Source: Myxococcota bacterium (lineage in GTDB: Bacteria; Myxococcota_A; Bradymonadia; UBA7976; UBA1532). Taken from it: 62,202 bases of DNA. This document shows, one piece after another, positions 57,510 through 62,202 of this stretch (its first letter is position 1; the number at the start of each line of letters is the position of its first letter). Under the pieces are notes generated by a model. It saw only the letters and a list, made by a program, of their open reading frames with translations, ran no database searches and was not told the origin of the DNA. The position numbers were made by a program, and so were the translations under genes. Location of the stretch: positions 1-62,202 of the forward strand of contig JAYZEG010000002.1 of assembly GCA_036337435.1 (NCBI GenBank), in the 5' to 3' direction.

Positions 57510-58214
57510 CGAGCGACCCAACACGACGACAAGGTGATTTTTCGTGGTCACGAGTCGCGGTTGTTGAGTGGCCAACCCGGCGGGAATTTTTAGACGCAGC
57601 GGATAGCCAAAAAACTTCCCCGACAAGGCGTCTTTCAAGAACTTTCGGTGCCTGGATGTGTTGTGCTTGTTCAGCTGAACGGCCTTGACCGTGGTGGTCA
57701 TCCAGACTTCCGTGTTGCGATTACCCAATCTCAAATGAACGTCTAGGTCGATGGTTCCTCCCCCCTCCAGAGCAGTTTTTATTTTCGTCTCATCGCGTCG
57801 ACCCGCCCCAAAAACGCCTTTCAAATTAACCTTAATGTTGCGAGCCTTAAACGCCATTCGATAACTGAGTCGATTTCCGGGAAGCAGAGTCAATCGCTTT
57901 GGTTTTTCAAACCAAATCTGTCCTTTGAGTCGCTTCTTACTCATATCTTGGCCACGAAATTTATAAGGCATGTAAGCGGTCATGGACCGTTCTAATTCGC
58001 GGGCACTAAACGCCACCCAACGCCCTCTCTCGCCCTTCAGATTCGACCCGTAAAGTTTCATCGCGCGGTTCATCGCTTTTGCTTTTCGAACGGCCTTTTC
58101 CAAGGTCTTGACCTTGGTTTTCTGAGTCTTGAGATTATGTTGAGTCGGCCCGCAGCCGACGCTCATTAATGTGGCCAGGTGCGCAGTCACCAAGTATTTA
58201 TGTAATGACCTCAT
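57501..58214 (-). CDS. Basic lipoprotein of unknown function
   Basis: SVGC lipobox, coiled coil, then a beta-rich region. 4-nt overlap with the upstream gene. Confidence 0.7.
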   Translation of the reverse strand: MRSLHKYLVTAHLATLMSVGCGPTQHNLKTQKTKVKTLEKAVRKAKAMNRAMKLYGSNLKGERGRWVAFSARELERSMTAYMPYKFRGQDMSKKRLKGQIWFEKPKRLTLLPGNRLSYRMAFKARNIKVNLKGVFGAGRRDETKIKTALEGGGTIDLDVHLRLGNRNTEVWMTTTVKAVQLNKHNTSRHRKFLKDALSGKFFGYPLRLKIPAGLATQQPRLVTTKNHLVVVLGRSLE

Positions 58215-58564
58215 TTAACCACCCTCAAGCTCCAATGCTGACAGCCCTGGGGTGCCCTTAAATTTTGTTTAGTAAATCCGACTCGGTAGCCTTTCTTAAA
58301 CCTAAAAGGCAGTGGGCCAATGTCTTGCCCTTTTAAATTGAGTTGGCAACTCAAGACGCCTTTGGCGACCCTTTTCACACGCCGCTCCAAGCGGCTCAAC
58401 TCGTTGAATTGGCTGAGTTCCTCAGCCTGGAGGCGAGCGAGATCAGACGTCAGAGCGTCTTCTTTTTTGGCGAGTTCATCATACTGTTGCCGCTCAAGCT
58501 CACTCAGGCCAACGCCACAGCCGGCGCACAAAAGCAACAAGAAAACCACCGTCAATTTTATCAT
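58211..58564 (-). CDS. Small coiled-coil lipoprotein
   Basis: GAGGTG RBS and MIKLTVVFLLLLCAGC lipobox. Confidence 0.7.
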   Translation of the reverse strand: MIKLTVVFLLLLCAGCGVGLSELERQQYDELAKKEDALTSDLARLQAEELSQFNELSRLERRVKRVAKGVLSCQLNLKGQDIGPLPFRFKKGYRVGFTKQNLRAPQGCQHWSLRVVK

Positions 58565-58901
58565 GGACTCACCTCGGAAGAACGCGACCTGGTCTAGAAT
58601 ATACCCATTAGTCTCCTGTTGATGAATGCTAAAGACGCATCGGGACACTTAAAAAAACGAAGCGCACAATCGGTACGCCCTCACCGCCACAGCTCAACCA
58701 AGCTCCGAACTTGGCCAAGCAGACGCTCTCGAGGTCAGACCGAGTATTGATTTTCGATTGTTTCGCTCGTTTTCGGTACCGTCAGGAATCTAAGATCGGT
58801 CGAGCAATGGTCTGAACTCACTGTAGATTATTGTGATTGCTGTTGTGTTTTTTGCGAGACCGTTAAATCATGTGACGTTGACCAACTTGGGAGATGCAAC
58901 G

Positions 58902-60068
58902 ATGACCGAAGCCAGCGCGCGAATGCAAGATAAGGAAATTTTTGGACCTGACCACGAACAACTGCGCGACACGGTCCGGAAGTTTGCAAAAAGTTTGGCT
59001 CCATTCGCCGAGGAGTGGGATGAGGCCGGTATTTTCCCTCGCGAGGTGTTCACACAAGCAGGTGAGTTAGGACTGCTGGGTATTGGCCATGGCGAAGAGT
59101 TCGGTGGTCTGGGGCTAGACTGGTGGTATACGGCCGCCTATGCGGAAGAGTTAATCCACACTGAAAATGCAGGCGTCAATATGGCGTTGATGGTTCAGTC
59201 AGACATGGCGACACCGATCATCAATGAAATTGGCACTGACGAAGTCAAAAGAGAATTTTTAGCACCGGCGATCAAAGGCGAGAAAATCGCGGCTTTGGGC
59301 GTGAGTGAACCGGGCGGCGGGTCTGACGTTGCCGCCATTCGCACGACAGCTCGAAGCGACGGTGATGACTATGTGATCAACGGACAGAAACTCTGGATCA
59401 CCAATGGCACTCGAGCAGACTTCATCACCTTGGCTGTGCGGACGGGAGGTGATGGCTTTAACGGGATCTCACTGGTGGTGTTTCCCACGGATGTCAAAGG
59501 TTTTAGCATTGGGAAAAGCATCAAAAAGATCGGCAATAAATCATCGGACACTGCGGAGCTATTCTTCGATGATTGCCGGATTCCGAAGCGTTATCTACTG
59601 GGCCATGAAAATGCCGGTTTCTACCACATCATGACCAACTTCCAGGGTGAGCGTCTGATCGCTGCCGTTGGTGGCGTCGCTGGTATGGAGAAAGCGGTCC
59701 GAGATGCCATCGCCTACGGGAATGAGCGCAAAGCGTTCGGGCGCCCCGTTTCTAAATTCCAGGTTTGGCGGCATAAGATGGTCGAGCACCTCACCGCGAT
59801 CCAAGCGGCGCGGCGGCTGACTTACTGGGCTGTAGATCAGTTCGTGAAAAACCCAATGGGGTCCACCGAGGCGATTACAATGGCCAAACTGTTCGTCGGT
59901 GACCTGTCTCAGCGTGTTTTGTATGACTGCCTACAAATGCATGGTGGCTTCGGCTACACCACCGAATACCCCATCGGGCGTGCTTGGGTGGATGGGCGAC
60001 TCATTACCGTCGGCGGAGGCACCTCCGAGGTCATGAAAGAAATCATCGTCAAGACACAAGGTCTATAA
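58902..60068 (+). CDS. Acyl-CoA dehydrogenase (LCAD/AtuD-like)
   Basis: [42 protein letters not shown] and GGGTSE. GGAG RBS before ATG 58902. Confidence 0.95.
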   Translation: MTEASARMQDKEIFGPDHEQLRDTVRKFAKSLAPFAEEWDEAGIFPREVFTQAGELGLLGIGHGEEFGGLGLDWWYTAAYAEELIHTENAGVNMALMVQSDMATPIINEIGTDEVKREFLAPAIKGEKIAALGVSEPGGGSDVAAIRTTARSDGDDYVINGQKLWITNGTRADFITLAVRTGGDGFNGISLVVFPTDVKGFSIGKSIKKIGNKSSDTAELFFDDCRIPKRYLLGHENAGFYHIMTNFQGERLIAAVGGVAGMEKAVRDAIAYGNERKAFGRPVSKFQVWRHKMVEHLTAIQAARRLTYWAVDQFVKNPMGSTEAITMAKLFVGDLSQRVLYDCLQMHGGFGYTTEYPIGRAWVDGRLITVGGGTSEVMKEIIVKTQGL

Positions 60069-60153
60069 CGACGCTGGGTCGATTTTTTCAATAACCCTTG
60101 CTCTCCACTGATGGACAGGTATTCTTCGCCGAACGTCAGGCAGGGAGTAGGCG

Positions 60154-61395
60154 ATGAAAGACACCCCAAAGCAGAACGAGGCCAAGACCGTCTCGATGAT
60201 CGGCTTCTTCTTGCGGGGATTCGCGATGGGGGCTGCTGACGTTGTGCCAGGCGTCAGTGGCGGTACGATCGCATTCATTACGGGTATTTACACTCACTTC
60301 ATCAACGCGCTACGTTCAGCCTCCCCTGCACTCCTGGTGAGCCTTATCAAAGGACAACCACGCGCCGCGCTCGCTCAATTTAAAGCGATCCATTGGGGCG
60401 TTCTGATCCCTGTCGGTGCCGGCGTTGGGCTCGCAGTCTTAGCATTGAGTAAAACGATCCTCGGCTTAATGGACGACCAACCCGGGCCAACCTATGCTCT
60501 GTTTTTCGGCCTCATCTTGGCCTCTGTATGGATTCCATACCGGCACATGAAGAAGCCGAGTGGCCAACATCTTCTAGCGGGTGTTCTGGCGGCCGCCTTT
60601 GCTTGGTTCTTTGTGGGACTACAACCCGATGGAATTCAACTCAGGGCGATCGATGGACAAACACCGAGTAAAATTGAGGACACTTTAGTTTTCTATGGGG
60701 GTAAACTCAGGCATCCAGCAGATCTCGCTGCGATCGAACGAATTCGTCAAACGACATTTCCCAACGCCAAAGGAATTGTCGTCTTCGATCCAAAAGGGAT
60801 CCTGTCAAACCACGGCATGACGCTCAATGAATCAGACATCGCCTTCAAAGATAAGGGGGAACTCAAAGAATGGATCAAGTCTGGCCCAGCCGTTCGGGTT
60901 TTGGCTGAACAGCGGGTCTCGCCCCTCACAATTTTTTTCTACGGCTTGATCGCGATCTCAGCAATGGTGCTACCCGGCTTGAGTGGCTCGTTTCTGCTTC
61001 TGTTCTTAGGAGTATACCATTCGGTTTTCACTGCCATTCATCAATGCAAAGACCATTTACTGGGCCTCCTCGGTCGAACTCCGGACCCTGTCACACTACT
61101 CAACGCAGGTGACCCCTTAACCGACCTTCTTTTTCTCGGCTGTTTTGGACTGGGCGTGGTCGTGGGTCTGGTGACATTTAGCCGGGTCGTTGCGCTTTTG
61201 TTCGAGCGCGCCCATGACGTGACAATGGCCTTGCTGATCGGTTTAATGGTTGGCGCACTCCGCCTCCCAGGCACACAGATACTAGAGCAGGTCGATGCAT
61301 CCCAAACCGGGTGGACAACCGTGAGTCTCGTGGCCCTGGTTGGCGTTATCGCAGTTGTTGCGCTCAACTCTCTCGATAGGCGCGATGCGAATTAA
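60154..61395 (+). CDS. DUF368 family membrane protein (putative undecaprenyl-phosphate translocase)
   Basis: MGAADVVPGVSGGTIAFITGIY and AMVLPGLSGS duplicated motifs. Confidence 0.92.
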   Translation: MKDTPKQNEAKTVSMIGFFLRGFAMGAADVVPGVSGGTIAFITGIYTHFINALRSASPALLVSLIKGQPRAALAQFKAIHWGVLIPVGAGVGLAVLALSKTILGLMDDQPGPTYALFFGLILASVWIPYRHMKKPSGQHLLAGVLAAAFAWFFVGLQPDGIQLRAIDGQTPSKIEDTLVFYGGKLRHPADLAAIERIRQTTFPNAKGIVVFDPKGILSNHGMTLNESDIAFKDKGELKEWIKSGPAVRVLAEQRVSPLTIFFYGLIAISAMVLPGLSGSFLLLFLGVYHSVFTAIHQCKDHLLGLLGRTPDPVTLLNAGDPLTDLLFLGCFGLGVVVGLVTFSRVVALLFERAHDVTMALLIGLMVGALRLPGTQILEQVDASQTGWTTVSLVALVGVIAVVALNSLDRRDAN

Positions 61396-61401
61396 ACGGG
61401 T

Positions 61402-62202
61402 TTAAACTGAGCCCCGCCGCGTGACCTTAAGGGTCACGGACTGATGACTGCGAAGAGTGGCTTCCAGCTGCGCTATCGCCTGGTTTACAGTAGCGACAGA
61501 CGCGTCACCATAATCGATAGACAGCTTGACTCGATGCGCCCGGATTAATGGCTCTGATACATTCCGTTGGGACAGAGACTGAATCGCAGCAACACAGTCT
61601 GGGAAGCGCTCTTCCCTTTTTTTGGCCGTCGTGAGCTGAATAAATTCAGCGATATCTGTTGGGCAATCGGGTACCAATTCCCTGACATCAGGTGTTTTTT
61701 CGCGCACCTGACGTCGCAGAAGGGCCCGAATGTCAGATTCATTGAACGGAACCTCACCGACAACCATTTCGTAGGCAGTTATACCCAGTGCGTAAAGATC
61801 ACTGCGACCATCTAAAGGCTCGCCGAGGATTTGCTCTGGCGGCATGTAGCAAGGTGAACCTAATCGCGCCTTGTTCTTCGCCTCTGAATTGTCTTTGTGC
61901 ACGGAAATGCCGAAGTCTAATAGCTTTGTTTGCTCATTCCGGGTGATGAAAATATTAGACGGTTTCACGTCTCGATGGATCAAACCGCGGTCATGGGAAT
62001 ACTGTAATGCACTGGCCGTTTCGAACAAAATCCGGCGAATCCTACTCCAGGAGAGGCGTTGGCCTTTGTAGATCAGGTCTTCGAGCTGCTCTCCTTCCAA
62101 ACGTTCCATGACGGTGAAGCGTGTGCCATATGCACGTTCAAAATCAAAGACTCGAACGATGTTTGGGTGGTCGAGTGCTGCAACAATTTGAGCTTCCCTA
62201 TC
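61402..62202 (-). CDS. Hanks-type Ser/Thr kinase, 5' end outside the window
   Basis: Frame is open to the window edge (REAQIVAALDHPNIVRVFD). HRDVKPSN, DFG and GSPCYMPPEQ. Confidence 0.93.
   Translation of the reverse strand, partial: DREAQIVAALDHPNIVRVFDFERAYGTRFTVMERLEGEQLEDLIYKGQRLSWSRIRRILFETASALQYSHDRGLIHRDVKPSNIFITRNEQTKLLDFGISVHKDNSEAKNKARLGSPCYMPPEQILGEPLDGRSDLYALGITAYEMVVGEVPFNESDIRALLRRQVREKTPDVRELVPDCPTDIAEFIQLTTAKKREERFPDCVAAIQSLSQRNVSEPLIRAHRVKLSIDYGDASVATVNQAIAQLEATLRSHQSVTLKVTRRGSV

Noticed and set aside
136..62071. Numerous short antisense or alternate-frame ORFs in the ORF track (e.g. 25415..26164, 36155..36790, 2243..2803)
   Set aside because: They are shadows of well-supported genes and have no motifs of their own.

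Overview
Gene-dense bacterial chromosomal segment with about 46 CDSs, partial genes at both ends, and no rRNA, tRNA, CRISPR array, transposase or prophage that I could see. Several features suggest a Myxococcota-type predatory deltaproteobacterium (inference): Hanks Ser/Thr kinases, Myxococcus-type Cys-rich repeats, an AgmX/PglI-type TonB-C domain, an OmpA-TSP3 protein, sigma-54 promoters and many lipoproteins with acidic disordered stalks. Housekeeping genes (ribE, bcp, sbcDC, surE, acyl-CoA dehydrogenase, CDF transporter, DUF368, a two-component system) are interspersed with many exported accessory proteins. Highlights: (1) a solitary lipoprotein of the cholesterol-dependent-cytolysin-like (CDCL) family with a non-canonical C-terminal domain; (2) a secreted, very Lys-rich protein made of six repeats I do not recognise, each with a C-x29(31)-C pair; (3) a 1059-aa aminotransferase-GNAT-aminotransferase fusion whose two PLP modules carry complementary halves of one active site; (4) a lipoprotein with an NlpC/P60-like Cys/His pattern; (5) two near-consensus sigma-54 promoters, one before a CxxCH lipoprotein and one before a degenerate GGDEF protein; (6) a USP-DUF389 gene split by a single in-frame TAA. 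All family calls come from reading motifs by eye; no searches were run.
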